Made by a program: the position numbers and the translations under genes. From Azolla caroliniana (lineage: Eukaryota > Plantae > Polypodiophyta), in the NCBI GenBank assembly GCA_043228905.1, contig JBHGNT010000017.1, positions 3,100,001 through 3,164,000 of the forward strand: a DNA stretch of 64,000 bases. Direction: 5' to 3'. Positions 1 to 13,549 of the stretch are shown one piece after another. The first letter of the stretch is position 1; each line of letters opens with the position of its first letter. The notes beneath the pieces were generated by a model. The model was given only the letters and a program-made list of their open reading frames with translations, was not told where the DNA came from and ran no database searches.

Positions 1-922
1 ATGTATATGCCAGCAGCCACATACTAATGAAATAAATGCCAAAATCTGTAACTTACTCATGATAATTGATAAATGATATATGAAAAAAGCAAGTAAATTA
101 TAGAAAAGGCAATCATTCAAAAAATATAAATATAAATATAATTAGAGTGGAAGTTACGTCCAACATATTATATTATACTAGTCTAGATGTTGGGTACATG
201 GGGACTACATTGATGAGAGTGCACTTGTATTAGAATTTCAAAAAGCAGAAGTTAATTGGATTGGAGGTTAGTTCCAAGGTATTGTACTAGTTTAGATGTC
301 AAGTACATGGGAGAAACAATAATAAGGGTACATTTGTAATAGAATTTACACAAAGATAAAAAGTGTAGTGGTTACAATTAATTATTTAAATAGTTTAGGG
401 AATGTACATTTTGTATGCATACCTGGGTGAAGAGGACCAAGTAGATTAATAAATTATGGAAGTCCTAATTAATTACATTGTGAGAAATTGATGGAAGGAA
501 GAAATCACTCAAGACGAGAATCATTTGGGAAAACTAAAAAAATAATTATAATGCCCACTGGATGGTTATCTGCTAGCAATAAGTTGAAAATTCGGTTCAT
601 ATTATAAAAACACCCCCCCAAATATCGATTTTCTAGATTGGTAATGTCAATTGATTTGGAAGAGGATGTGCAAATAATTACTATAAATAGGTATTTTGAT
701 TGATGGCATTTGGACTACCTACATTAATAAATGAATGCATCTTGTAGATGACAAGAGTATAAATGCACTTATAACTGAAGACACCAATGAAACGGAAGGG
801 ATTTTAACCAAACCTTGATTATAAATTGGCAAGGAATCTAGATATCAAAGTCAACAAATATAATCATAAATAACTAATAAGAGATGATGGAATTGGAGAA
901 TAATGGGCTATATGACTGCATG

Positions 923-930
923 TATATAAA
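923..930 (+). promoter_or_regulatory. Probable TATA box of the cysteine-rich peptide gene
   Basis: TATATAAA about 100 nt upstream of ATG 1028, followed by an AG-rich leader. Confidence 0.5.
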
Positions 931-1027
931 TAGTACCAAAGGGAGGCCAAGAAAGTATAGTGAAAGAATTTTAGCGCTTGAAATTATACAAGAAACAATA
1001 TATAGATAGAGAGAGAGAGGTAGAGAG

Positions 1028-1339
1028 ATGACAACAAAACAAGAGAGGGCAATAATGATGGTGGTGATGGTGTTGGTGTCATTGGTGTATGTTATCCAAC
1101 TAGAAATGAAGGCAGCGGACGCGGTGTGTGGCCCGGCCATAGTTACAGGCCTATGCGATGAACTAGGGACCGACTCAACTAAATGCAATGAATATTGTGA
1201 ATCATGCCACCCTACATCCCCAGCCACATGTGGCACCACTGCAACTGATTGTTCATTGTGCACCAATTGCACTGCAGGTGTTTGCGCCGGACCTGTTTGT
1301 GGTTGTGTGGCTCCATGTAGTACCGCTTGCTCTAATTAA
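1028..1339 (+). CDS. Secreted cysteine-rich peptide (103 aa; ~32-aa signal, 71-aa mature part with 14 Cys), intronless
   Basis: Hydrophobic N-terminus ending A-D-A, even Cys number, GC-richer than flanks, upstream TATA box. Confidence 0.8.
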   Translation: MTTKQERAIMMVVMVLVSLVYVIQLEMKAADAVCGPAIVTGLCDELGTDSTKCNEYCESCHPTSPATCGTTATDCSLCTNCTAGVCAGPVCGCVAPCSTACSN

Positions 1340-1475
1340 TGAATGGATGGGTGAAAAATGAATGTCTCTGTGACCACGGTGACAAACTTGAGGGTACTTA
1401 CTTGTAATAATAAATCTCATGCAAACAATGTGTTTGGTATGATGATCAATAATTCCATCAAGTTAGTTTTTCTTG

Positions 1476-1518
<43 letters not shown>

Positions 1519-2562
1519 GTCTCGAATAACTCTGTCACCCCCCCCCCCCCCCTCTCATGTTAGGGTTGTACTTCACGACAATACCTTTTTGTTTGTTAAC
1601 CTATGCACTTGTGTTCTCAAACTAGTAGGTTTTAATGACTAAAAGCTAACGTAGATTGTAGGAGGTTATATTAACACAAACTTCATTACACAATGAAGCC
1701 TAACATCCAATGTTCGCATAATTAAATACTCACATAAATCATCCCAAAATTGATTTGTGAGATTACATTATAGGGTAATAATCTACAACACATAGAGCCG
1801 TAATGTTGAGTATGAGCATTTACTAGACTTTGGACAACACACTCTTATATTGGCGGAACTTGATGAATCTTGTTGTCTTTCAGTAGTACACAACGTGCAT
1901 GATTATTGACATGTTGATCACACGTGCTACTAAATGATTATTCTATTAAAAAAAGTGTACGTTCAAATCATGCATCATTTACAAAACTAACATTTAATGG
2001 AGCTATCACAATATCATTTTAACACTCACTTTGCCTATGCATGCATATGATATTCTAGCTCCCCACAAATTACAATCAATAATGCACATTTACTCAAGAG
2101 ACTCACATGATGACATTTCATCTCTTGCCTCAATTTCTCAATTGAACATCTTTTGGTATGATGACCTCTTATTGACTAGTCCTGCAAATGAAGGATAAAA
2201 TGATGAATCAATACATACTTAACATGAGAGTAACATTCGATATAAACGAGCATGATTTTTTGATGTATGGATGTCGAAACGATGCAAGATTTTAATAATC
2301 TTTAGTCATAATCGGCTATAAGAATCATCTATAAAGAGAGTAAAAAAACATTACTGATCGAAGACATGGATGGGGGGGGGGGGGGGGGGGGGCTCTTTGC
2401 GTAATTTCCGAAAGTGCCAAAGTATCCCTACGAAATGCAATGTACAAAGTAATGTTGTAAAAACAAGAGGAGGGGTATTTTTGGTAATTAGCTTTTGCGG
2501 ATCATATTATTATTCCGTCTTAAATTATCATCGAATCATTCGCTATTAGGGTTTTAGCAGAC

Positions 2563-5500
2563 ATGGCGTCTCGACCAGAGCTTCAAGCCCCCCCTGAGAT
2601 CTTCTACAACGAGTCGGAAGCTCGCAAATACACCACCTCCTCCCGTATAATTGAAATCCAGGTCCTCGAACTGCTCGTAATTTCTCTTCTTCTTCCTCCT
2701 AGTCTATTTTCTGGTTCTAAAAATATCTGTATTTCCATTGATGGATCCTGCTCAGGCGAAACTTGCAGAGAGAGCATTAGAACTTCTTGCCCTTCCAGAG
2801 GACGGCGTTTCCAGGCTTCTATTAGACATAGGTTAGTCAAGCGTTTATGAAAATAAATTCTCTATTTTGTGAAAGAATTGGCGTGAAAGGCGTTTTTGGA
2901 TGGAAGAAATCTTCATAGATAGCATTAATCTGGAAGAAATCTGCGTTATCTTTCTTGTTCAGGTTGTGGTTCCGGACTCAGTGGGGAAACATTGTCTGAA
3001 AATGGTCATGTTTGGATCGGTCTTGATATCTCTCAAGCAATGCTAGGTAAGAGATTTTCGGATCAACATGCTGATGTCACAGAATGTTTTTATAAGAAAA
3101 TGTTTTATCCATTGATAAATGTGACAATATAGGGTCCCTTATTATTCAGAATAAGTAAATAATGGGAGATAATTGTAGCGAGTTTCTCCAATAGTTTGTG
3201 TATAATGTGCACCGGCAATATCAAAGCAAAAAATTGTTATTTCACAATCAAATGATGAATGGCATTTTCGTAGTTTAATGAAATAGATCATGAAACAACT
3301 AAACAAAAATGGAATTACTTGTTATGATGTAGATGTTGCTCTGGAGAGAGAGGTAGAGGGGGATCTACTTCTGAGTGACATTGGTCAAGTAAGTATTATC
3401 ATCCTTTTGCAATTTGCAATAGTTTATGTTAAAACTACTAGTTTTAATATTTCATTCAAGTAGGGTTTGGGAATTCGATCCGGTACATTGGATGGTGCCA
3501 TCAGCATTTCAGCATTGCAGGTAATCATTCTGCCCTTTATTTGACAATATTAAATTGCTAAAATGACTCAATTGTTTATTATCGGCTTAAATAAGAGTAT
3601 TTCTGGTGGCTTTCAAGTACTAGTTCTTTATATTTCCTTTTTTATGCATTGACTGAACTTCAGGATAAATCTCTCCCTCAAGACCTTGCCAAACCGAGAA
3701 CTTCATTGCCTAGAAATGTCAGTATAGTTGTTCAACATGCATGAATACGTGCTGTTTCATAGTGTTACGAGTGACAAGTAAATATATATTTTTATGTCAT
3801 AACCATACCTAGATTGGCGTGACCTGTATAACAGTTTTGCCTATTGAGATGCAGTAGCTGTATAACAGTTTTAGCACACAGAAGGGAAGTCAGTCTTTTC
3901 TTAGTATAGAATTTTACTTGCTTCTATGCCACTTGTTCCTAGGCAGTGGGGTAGTGTGTGCAGCAGCAAATATTTAGGCTGCTGATTTACAATTGTGAGT
4001 GCAGCAGCTAGAAGTTAGCCCGCATGTTTTCTCTGTGAATTTGTATCCACAGTTTCATGACATCAATAGTTCAGAACATCAATCTCAAAAAATTTAGTAT
4101 GTGGAGATACCAACACTTTACTTATTTGACTCATCAACTCTGGTAAAAGTGGCCATAAAAAAGCATGCTTACAATCCACTGTTACCCAAACAGGGCATTC
4201 TTGTTTTAACGCATGATATTGTTTGAAGCTTTTGCTGGAGACTTGGGTGAAGATAAATGATGTTGGAGACATTGTTTTAAGAGAAGATGCCTTTTTTATT
4301 TGTATTGATATATAAATATATTTTGATTAACCAGTGGTTGTGCAATGCTGACAAAACGTGCAACAATCCCAAGCTGAGACTTAAGTGAGTATGTCATATG
4401 AATGATTTGAGGCATATTTTCTCATTTTTTTTCTCTCGCAAAGGACTATATTTAAATACTTGGGATGCCCGAGGAAAAACCTATTTAATGCCTTGCCGAA
4501 ATACCTCATTGTGAAGTGGTTTCCCCTGTTTTCTTTGAATATTAACTTATTTTTATGTCTATATGATTCACAAAAATCTAGTTTCATGCAGAGAAGCATA
4601 TGCATTTTTAACCCTCAAATAGTATTTGTGTATAATCAATAACCCCTTTTCTCATATTTTTGAGCTGTGAAAAATACGTCAGCCTATCGCTTGTGGCTGA
4701 CAAGGGCCATTTCATTTTTGGCAGAACTTTCTTTAGCTCATTATATCGTTCCTTGGCAAGGGGTGCTCGGGCTGCCTTGCAAATTTATCCTCAAAACACA
4801 GCCCAACTAGAGATGATCACAACCGCAGCTATGCGATGTGGCTTTTCTGGGGGTCTTGTTGTGGATTATCCTCACAGGTTCTAAGCTGCTGTCATAGAAT
4901 TATATACTTTGCATTTACTTTTTTGGAAACTCATCACGCTCATGAAGTGCTACTTTTGCAGCACACGAGCAAAAAAATATTTTCTTTGCTTGGTATGTGG
5001 CCCAGCCAGTGTTAGCACATCTGTTCCAAAAGCCAAAGGGGAAATGGAAGGTGATAGTGGAAGTGACATCGATAGTGAGGATGAAGAAGAAACTGTAAGT
5101 ACCTGTCTTTGTGCCTCCACCCCTCAACTTTGCAATTGCATGTTGTTTCCTAGAGTAGGTGATAGGGAAGCAAAACTAATTTATTATCTTCTGTATTTAT
5201 GACGTTGGAACTACTTATGTTTGGAAATAATCTATGATCTTATTTGTTTGTCTTTGGCAATATTTTCTTTAGTTATCTGGCAAGTTTCTTTTTCATGCAT
5301 GAAATAATTGGAAATGATGAGAAAATACCCACTCAATTATAGCCTTTATATTTATCTGTTGACCTTTTTCTTCTTTATAAATGTTTCCTACCAGCAAGCT
5401 AAAAAAATTGACCAGTTCAGTGGGTGCGCCTTTTTCTCAAAATGGTTGGGAGCTGTGTTAGATTCTACGTTGTCCTCCATATTTGTGTGCAATGCACCAA

Positions 5501-6338
5501 AATCATCTGGCAATAATGTTATTCTTGGCTTAAAGTGTCACGGTAGAGTTGAATAGGAACCAGATGACAATTTGATGAGGTTGGCATTAGGAACTGCTAG
5601 AATCTTAACTCTCAGAATAAGTTGTTAGGTATCTATGGAACTGGATGAAGTGACCTGACTCCTATTATTTACATTTAGCTCATGGCTTTACGAAAGGATT
5701 TATGTTGTGTTATTTCCTAGCTAGAATGTGAACTGCAAATTGAAAATCTTGAACATGTAGGAGCTTCATCATCAAGAGCATCAAGCATCAAGAGACACTT
5801 ACCAGTTCTACACGCACTAGGGTTGTTCCTTCAATGTATATTGGAGCTCGGCATTAGATGTCTTACTTTTCTGTTTACCTTGTCTGAGCTGATGTAGCTA
5901 CATGAACCTGTGAACTATTGTTTAACACAGGCCTTGCATTCTTTGCATTAATTCTGGGTTCCTTTTCCTCCCACTGGAGAAATGTTGAAAATAATTTAGA
6001 TTAATGATTGTCTAGCTTCACTTTTTAGTGTTTGATGTATGATTTGGATCTACATGTTCTCATAACTTCTGCTTCTGTGCAATGTATTTTTTCTAGCTGA
6101 TTCATTTTATTCTTTTAACATTGTCATATTCTTGTGTTACTCTGAATCAATTTCTTTGTTTGATTTTCAGGTAAGAATAACGGAGAGACAGAGGCCAAGT
6201 AAGAAACGGAAGGTGGGGAATAAGATCAAAGGGCGGTCATGGTTATTGAAGAAGAAAGAACAGAGGAGGAATCATGGTTTTGTCAATGTACCACAGGATA
6301 CAAAATATACAGGCCGGAAAAGGAAAGCTCGATTTTAA
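2563..6338 (+). CDS. BUD23: 18S rRNA guanine-N7 methyltransferase (BUD23/WBSCR22/RID2), 9 exons, 291 aa
   Basis: Exons 2563-2661, 2756-2831, 2963-3046, 3333-3388, 3464-3520, 4335-4384, 4725-4877, 4962-5094, 6171-6338, all GT-AG, 876 nt. Motifs [24 protein letters not shown] (SAM binding), [24 protein letters not shown]-terminal [13 protein letters not shown]. Confidence 0.96.
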
Positions 6339-8048
6339 TAAAAAACAATATTAGAATCATACATCAACCTTCAACATAGTTTACAAATTTTATCCTTCTG
6401 ATGCTGTTATACATTACGATATGAAATTGTAATGTTTCTATTCAACAAAAAGCATTATGAAGAATGATCATTGGCAACAATCGAGATATTGTAACATAGA
6501 ACTAATTGAGTCCTTTGTATGTTGATTTCCATCAATTTTTTAGACTAGTTTTGAGTGAGCATTCTCCACTAACCGAAGTTTTGAGTTTTCATGTTGTGCC
6601 AAATATTTAAATTCCTAATTGTAAGCTTGTGGGTACCATGAATTGTATGTATATTGAGATATCAATACTGTGAATGAGAGACCATGATTGTGATATGGCA
6701 AAATGATTTACATGATGACACCTTGAAAATGATGCAAACCAAATTTAGGGAATGAGATTCCAATGATTGTAGATTCCCAAACGAGACAAAATTTGATTAG
6801 CAATGTTCTCAATTTGTAGTTTTATTAGCCAATGTGTTTGTGGCTTGGATATTGCATTATGTATTATTTTTAGATCATCAAGTCTTCTTTTGGGCAAATA
6901 TCATCACATTGTTAGTTTGGTTATCCTTGCAAGTAATTTAAATTCTCAAATTTGAAGTTGATCCTTCACTTCTCTTTTTCACTCTTAACTACTCATTGTC
7001 TTTGGTTAGGTTAACCATATTTTCTAGTCTATAGAAGTCTGTTGCTATGCCAATGGCTTCCAGCTGATGATGTATTTTGTTCAAGAAACTAAGGACGTGC
7101 ATTTATAATGCAGTGTTTGCCTTTTTATGATTGCTGGTCAATTTCGTTGCATCTGAACTCTTTTAGACATCTTCATCTTCAATATTGGCATTCTTAAAAT
7201 TGTGGGTATGTCCATTCATACATAGTCTAAACATTTATTGTACTAGGTCTAATAGGTCTTGCCTCAGATAAATTTTTTTATTATATTTTTCTACTCCCAA
7301 CCATAATCATACGTGTCTCTTGTAGGTTCTCACCATTCTACATTAACCCGATCTATTCCAATATTTTTATAGAGTTTTGGTTTGATCGAAAACGATTGCA
7401 TCATAACTGGTCTTAAATAGCTTTCTAAGTACAAGGTGAAGTTAGCTTGACTTCAAGACTTTGTATTATTACATAAGACGTTGTGTGAAAATAAGCCATT
7501 GGCTATTCCATTAAAAATACAGGGAATATCCATAGGCTTGGTAAGAATATGCATTGTCATCATTAAAAAGAACCCCTGTATCTTGGGCCTACCCTTACTA
7601 GAGAAGATGAACACATAATATATAATACTAATATATACCTCATCCATTGGTTTTCTAAAAAAGCTTCTTTTTTACATGAAAATCAGTTTTACTATATTTT
7701 TGTTCCAAGATTTATGGACTTAAAATATGGAGACAAATTTCATTTCCTGTTAGGTTCATCAAAGTTATTGTGCTAATCGAATCCATGGGAAAATATATAC
7801 ACATATATTTAACACCATCGTACACCAAAATGCATAAAATATGTTATATAGGTCTATCATAGTGTAGTAGTTATGGAAACGTATAAAGTATGGTATATAG
7901 GTCCATCCTTGTGTAGTTGTTGAGGAAACATATCACTTATGATTGTACATATATGGACATTAAGTAAATGTGACAAGAAAAAGGGAAATTAATTACATAG
8001 TTACATCAATTAATAGTTTATATAAAGTCAGTAGGACCCATGAAACTT

Positions 8049-8188
8049 ATCACACACACACACACACACATTGACCCTCTAAGCTCTCTAGATTATTGAA
8101 TTAAATCTCTGTAATATCTATCACACACACCCTCTACGATTGCAACTCTTTAGATTATTGAATGAAATCTCTCTAACATCCATCACAC
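8049..8188. repeat. Two diverged copies of a ~65-bp unit upstream of the Gly-rich gene
   Basis: atcacacac...ccctcta...ctctNtagattattgaatNaaatctctNtaaNatc occurs twice. Confidence 0.6.
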
Positions 8189-8241
8189 CTTTGTTTTAGA
8201 GACCCTTTTTGGTCCCTGGAGAACTCCAATACATCATCATC

Positions 8242-10039
8242 ATGTCTCTAGAGAAGATGCCCTTCAAATCCATGGGCGACCCACTTCCTCCTGATGCAGA
8301 TTCTTCCCTTCCTGATATAGTCGATAAGCTTGAGATTCCTGTTGCAGATGTTCAAAAACAAAGAAACCATAAAATAAGCATCCCTCTCTCAAGTGCCCTC
8401 TGGATTCTATGGAAGCTTCCATGTATGTATTCTGCTGATTTGGGCAGGCTTGGGCCTGGGTTCGGAGTCGGTGTGGGATTCGGATTTGGTTTCGGATTTG
8501 GACTTATTGGAGGTTAGCTTATGTTTGTTCCTAATTCCTTAAAAAATTTAATATTCTCCTGGAAGAGGTATTTGATTTTGGATGCGTAGTTGACGGGCAG
8601 TATACAAGGACAGGCAAATGAATTGTGCGTAAGGATAGGTTAATGGATTGTATAGAAGGATAGGCATCCGGGTTGTGTATACTGATTGTGCATAAGCTAT
8701 ACACATGGATTCTATTAATAATAGGCTTATGGATGCTTAAGGAATCATACCGTGGATTATATATACAGATAATCACATGGATTCTATGTAAGGAAAGTCT
8801 CATGGATTTCAATATTTTCTCTAAATCCTCCAGAAAAAGAGAAGAATGATTTGATTTAAATGCATAGATCTAGGATTGTTTCGATGATATAGAAAATTGG
8901 ATGGTAGATGCAATTTATACTATACACGTTAAGATTTGTGGTGGGGGAATATAGGGAGATTACACTCTAAGAAGATAAGTTGAATTGTTTTGTGAGCTTA
9001 AATTATTTTTTTTGCATTTTCTTCGAAAGGACACAATCTGGATTACTTGTTGTAATTCCTGGTGGGTAATGCCATTCGTGATATGTTTTGGATTTCAGGG
9101 AAATCAGATTTTAAGATAAATACCCTATAATGCATGCTTAAGATTTCCTGAGGGGGGGTCTAAAAAGGCGTTATTATCCTATAGATTTATGTGTGTAGCT
9201 TTAAGGTTATCTCTTCTTGCGATTGGATGAAAACAAAAACAGGTTTTTCTCACTTAGCTTGTTTATGCTGGATTGCAGGTGCAGGTTTTGGATTTGGGCT
9301 TCCAGGATTGCAATTTGGATTAGGCTTTGGAGCTGGATTTGGAATTGGGATCGGCTTTGGCTATGGAGTAGGGAAAGGATGTGCATATGATGAAAATGGC
9401 AAACACTGCAATTTGCCTAGCCTCAATGCTAGACTGAGGTTGTTTCTCATCCTCATTGATTATTGTATTCGTTCTCATTCTCCTAAGTACGAATCTCTTC
9501 TAGATTACAACCTTCTGTTATTTTGCTTTATGTTTTGAGCTGTTTCGCAATGCAGACAATTTCTCGATTGGGTGATGTTTTGGGTTCATGGACTATCAGG
9601 ATATCATATAAACATGTAGTTCATGAACTAGACTGAATGAATTATTTGTCTCAAACAGTTACTTAAATCGTAGATCATATATGTAATGATTGTCTAATGC
9701 AACTTGACCTTGCACTAATTAAATGTCCAAAACATCATTGAGTGCTTCTAAGCACCATATTGTGCATCCTGCATTTTGTATATTACGATTCTTTTGTGGG
9801 TTTTCACCTCATATGAGTAATATACATAAATACTAAAAAGTAGTAATTGTTTGTTTGCTCGCAGACACCATCCACCTGCAATTTGGGAGGAGTTACCCTT
9901 TTCTCATTGGAAGGATGATACATCTCATGTTGAGACAGAAGAAAGCAGAGCTTTGTGGGAACAGTTTCTCCTCACTTCAAAGACCACCTTTGATTCTATT
10001 GAGAACGACAGCAAGTTGAAAGAGAGGAATCAGTCATGA
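8242..10039 (+). CDS. Uncharacterised glycine-rich (GxG repeat) protein, 3 exons, ~201 aa
   Basis: Exons 8242-8512, 9279-9438, 9865-10039 join in frame (606 nt). LWKLP..GRLGPGFGVGVG..GLIGG-AGFGFGLPGLQFGLGFGAG..GYGVGKGCAYD resembles a conserved plant Gly-rich family (recalled, not searched). Confidence 0.75.
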
Positions 10040-10427
10040 AATGTTCTCGTGTCAAGCAGACCCTGTATATCTGTTATAGATCAAAACTTGTATTATATGC
10101 TACCCATCTAACCATTGTAAAAAGTTGCATATTCTTTACATTCATTATGTGATTGGAAGGTGCTGTAAAATGGGGATTCTCAGATGTAAGATTCTTTATT
10201 TAAACATGGATTTTTCTTTAACACATCGAGAAAGACTTATTCTGACATATAGTACCTAATTCTTGGTCCTTATTGTTGCATAAAAGACAAAAATGAGGTA
10301 CTTTGTTGATGTATCTATGGCTATTATAGGTTCACGTGTAGAAGTTACAAAGGTTATATGCACATTGGACAAAAACTTGGTGAAGAGCTTTTCAATCAAA
10401 TCTAAGAGAACAGAAAACTCTTAATAA

Positions 10428-10551
10428 AGGGATACAATTGATGAGTTTGGTTCCCAGTGATGCTCGGATGGTGATCTACATAGATAAAAGGTGAAGGGAT
10501 ACAATTGATGAGTTTGGTTCCCAGTGATGCTCGGATGGTGATCTACATAGA
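10428..10551. repeat. Perfect ~57-bp direct duplication
   Basis: agggatacaattgatgagtttggttcccagtgatgctcggatggtgatctacataga occurs at ~10428 and ~10496. Confidence 0.9.
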
Positions 10552-11165
10552 GCTTTGAACTATGTTGGAAAACAGTGCACAGAAGATACTGCATAGCCAT
10601 GTTGGTTCACAATCAACAAAACAAAGATGTATGTGCCATGATTCGTTGGTTCCTGCATACCCAAGTTGAATGACATACACACCATTCATCCGTATTTTCT
10701 CACCCATGATGCATCTACGTCACCTATGTACATTTGTAAAGGCCCTTATACTTATTTCTTAGCTCTAAGGGGTCATATTACTATACCATTGTGCATTGTA
10801 CCCAAATATTTATTTTGCAGGTGCCTTTTATTGCAATTTTCATTTAAACCATGGATTGAGTTTGTCATAGTTTTTGTTTTAAAATCTGACTTTGTTAATT
10901 ACTCTCCAAGAACCAACTTGATGAGAAAGAACAAGTCCATGACGCCTTTGGCAAGGTAGCAATGCTAACATCATAGGAACAATCCCAGTAAACCTTGCTA
11001 CAACAAGTGAAGTTTAGATGTATATCAACAATATTTAGGAAATTTCCGAAAATTTAAATAGCAATTACATTTGTGAGCTAAAAGCTGAACAAATTTTTTA
11101 TCAAGTAACATCATATTTCCTTATTTGGCTCTATTAATGTGTTGAAAGAGACCAGATCTTATATT

Positions 11166-12380
11166 TTACAAAGCCACTTCCACTTGCAAATCTGCAAGCT
11201 CTTCTCCTGCTGCAGCAGAATTTCTTTCGGGTGGAGATGATTCCGTACCAGGGACTTGGTATTTGAGTGGGATGAGGCTTTATGACTGACTCAAGCAGCT
11301 GTTGTTCAAGTTCTGCACATTTGAATTCTTCCAATTTAGCTTCTACCTCATCCTGATAGTAGATGCAACACATGATTATTCACCTTAAGTCCAGTTGATC
11401 TTCAAGGGATGATCTCTTTTGCTAGCATTGCTTTGGGTTCTAGAAAGGGAAATTGTAACAGCCTCTTGTTAAGGAGAAAAGAGAGAAGACCATAAACTAA
11501 AAACATGAATTCGTTAAAAAACGAATGTATCGATTAGACCTGTCACTTTAGACTAGAACCCATAACCTTGAGGTTAGACGACGCGTTGCCTGTGCACAAT
11601 ACATTTGATCCTGAATGATAAAATCTAATGGGAATATATGAAGGCAACGCCTTCCAGAATTCCACATTGTACTTTAGGACCTCAACAAAATCTTCTTCTT
11701 TTTTTATGTTTATTTCTTTTTTGTTTCTTTGGGAAGTGGGGCTCATCAAAATCAGCATATGCTCCGATGGGTGTATCTGATGCCTCCTGGATTTGCTTCA
11801 TGACCTCTGTGCGCTCATTTATCTTACCCATTGTCTTGACACATCATCAAATTTCATTGTTGATCCTCCTGTTCTTAGAGAGTCAACAGATCCTGTAGTT
11901 GCTTTTGCTCCTTTCAACAAGATAATCTAAGCATGTAATAATATTACTAAGAAAAGGGATCTAAGCTATTATTTAATTTGTGCAAGGATCAAAGCCACAT
12001 CGTAATTTTCAATCATTTAGTCACATTAAACTGAAATCATCCCTGCTAATTGCTACCAGCTAACTGAAATCATCTATATGCTCAAAAAAGGTGTATCTAA
12101 TGAAACAAACTCCATGAAGAACCTAAACATGTATTTGGAACTGAACGTTGCTATGCTGCTCAACCTGAATCTCGTAATGTTTTTTCCTCTTCAGTCACAG
12201 AACAGCAGCCGCAAATGAAGCATACAAATTATCCTTTTAAGCCATTGAAAATCTACAGAAATTTAAATAGCTTGTAAACCTTCTTGTTTCGTACTCTATG
12301 TGCATTGCTTCATTCTCGTACCTCCAGTGCTGTTTTCTTCTGCAATAGCTTCTTCTTTTTCTCAAGCATTTCCAGTCTGA
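11166..12380 (-). pseudogene. VPS32: ESCRT-III SNF7/VPS32 pseudogene that retains introns
   Basis: Minus-strand fragments LEMLEKKKKLLQKK, AAVL*LKRKKHYEIQVEQHSNVQFQIHV*, IILLKGAKATTGSVDSLRTG, KTMGKINERTEVMKQIQEASDTPIGAYADFDE, DEVEAKLEEFKCAELEQQLL, EELADLQVEVAL* match SNF7 in order, with in-frame stops and frameshifts. Confidence 0.88.
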
Positions 12381-13549
12381 CAATGATCTGTCCAAAAGGA
12401 TAATTGTCAAGAAAAAAGAATATAGATGTTCAACTGCAAACAATTGTGTAACAATATATATATAAGATCAAGTTTCATGACATCTTAAATATTCTTGGAA
12501 ATTCCAAAGCAACGATGAATCGCAAATAATAAATAGCAATTAGAAACAGCAGAGTTCCCTCAAGAGCATATATGTCTATATAAGAAAGGTAGATTATTCA
12601 CGCATATAATCCTATTGTAAATCATAAAGAATGCCTACAAAATCAATCATAAACACCCCTTAAAATACATGTCAAGACAACATCATTCCTTTTTCAATGT
12701 ATTATTGTCCAACCTTGGCTACAACATTAATTATCGTATTGATCTTCAATATTCAAATATTTGTTCCCAGCATCATGGAAAACATTCCTACTGAAGGTCA
12801 GAGAGGAATCATATATCAACTGCCCCATGAGCAATGCATCATGACTAAAAAACAATGTTCAAGGGACTCTTGCCACTCTTAAGCTATGGGCATATCAATT
12901 AATCTAAATTTTGAGTGTCCATGTATCATGACCAAAAACGATGCTTGAGGGACTTTTGCCATCCTAAACCACAACCACCATGAGCGGGATCATTGCTCCA
13001 GGAGTCCAACTTGGAAAATAATTCTCATGAAGTAGAGAACCCACCAACAAAACCTTTAGATTGCAGAAGAAAATTCAAGAGTTGAGTGGAAAAGTGGATG
13101 ATAGGTCTGTAGCTAACCGTTTCCGTAAATTGGAGGCATCCAACATTTTTAGCGTGAGAAAATGTCTCTTGTTCGAGAAAAATAACTCAACTACATGAAA
13201 TTTCTAAGGAATCTCAGTCAATGGTTAGTTTCCTGCATGCATAACCATTATTGCAAAAAAAAATTAAAAATTATGAGAGATTGTCATTATATGTCTTCCG
13301 TTTGTACAGTGAAATGCTGGTATTTAGGGAAACTATTCAAGCGGCATCTCTCTCTATCTCTCTATCTATATCTGTATACGCACATCAGCTAAGATTATAA
13401 GGAACTGGTACAAGTGACCTAACCAACACTAATAATCTATCTAACTTTATTCTCAGAGGTCAGTTTGGCCTTTTTGTGTTTGATTGCATAACATTTTATT
13501 TTATTTCTTAAAAGCAATTGGATGAACAACCACCCCTTCTCCCCCAAAA

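Noticed and set aside
5574-5659. Possible C/D snoRNA in BUD23 intron 8 (also TGATGA..CTGA at 22823-22947)
   Set aside because: Box motifs only; no terminal stem or recognisable rRNA guide
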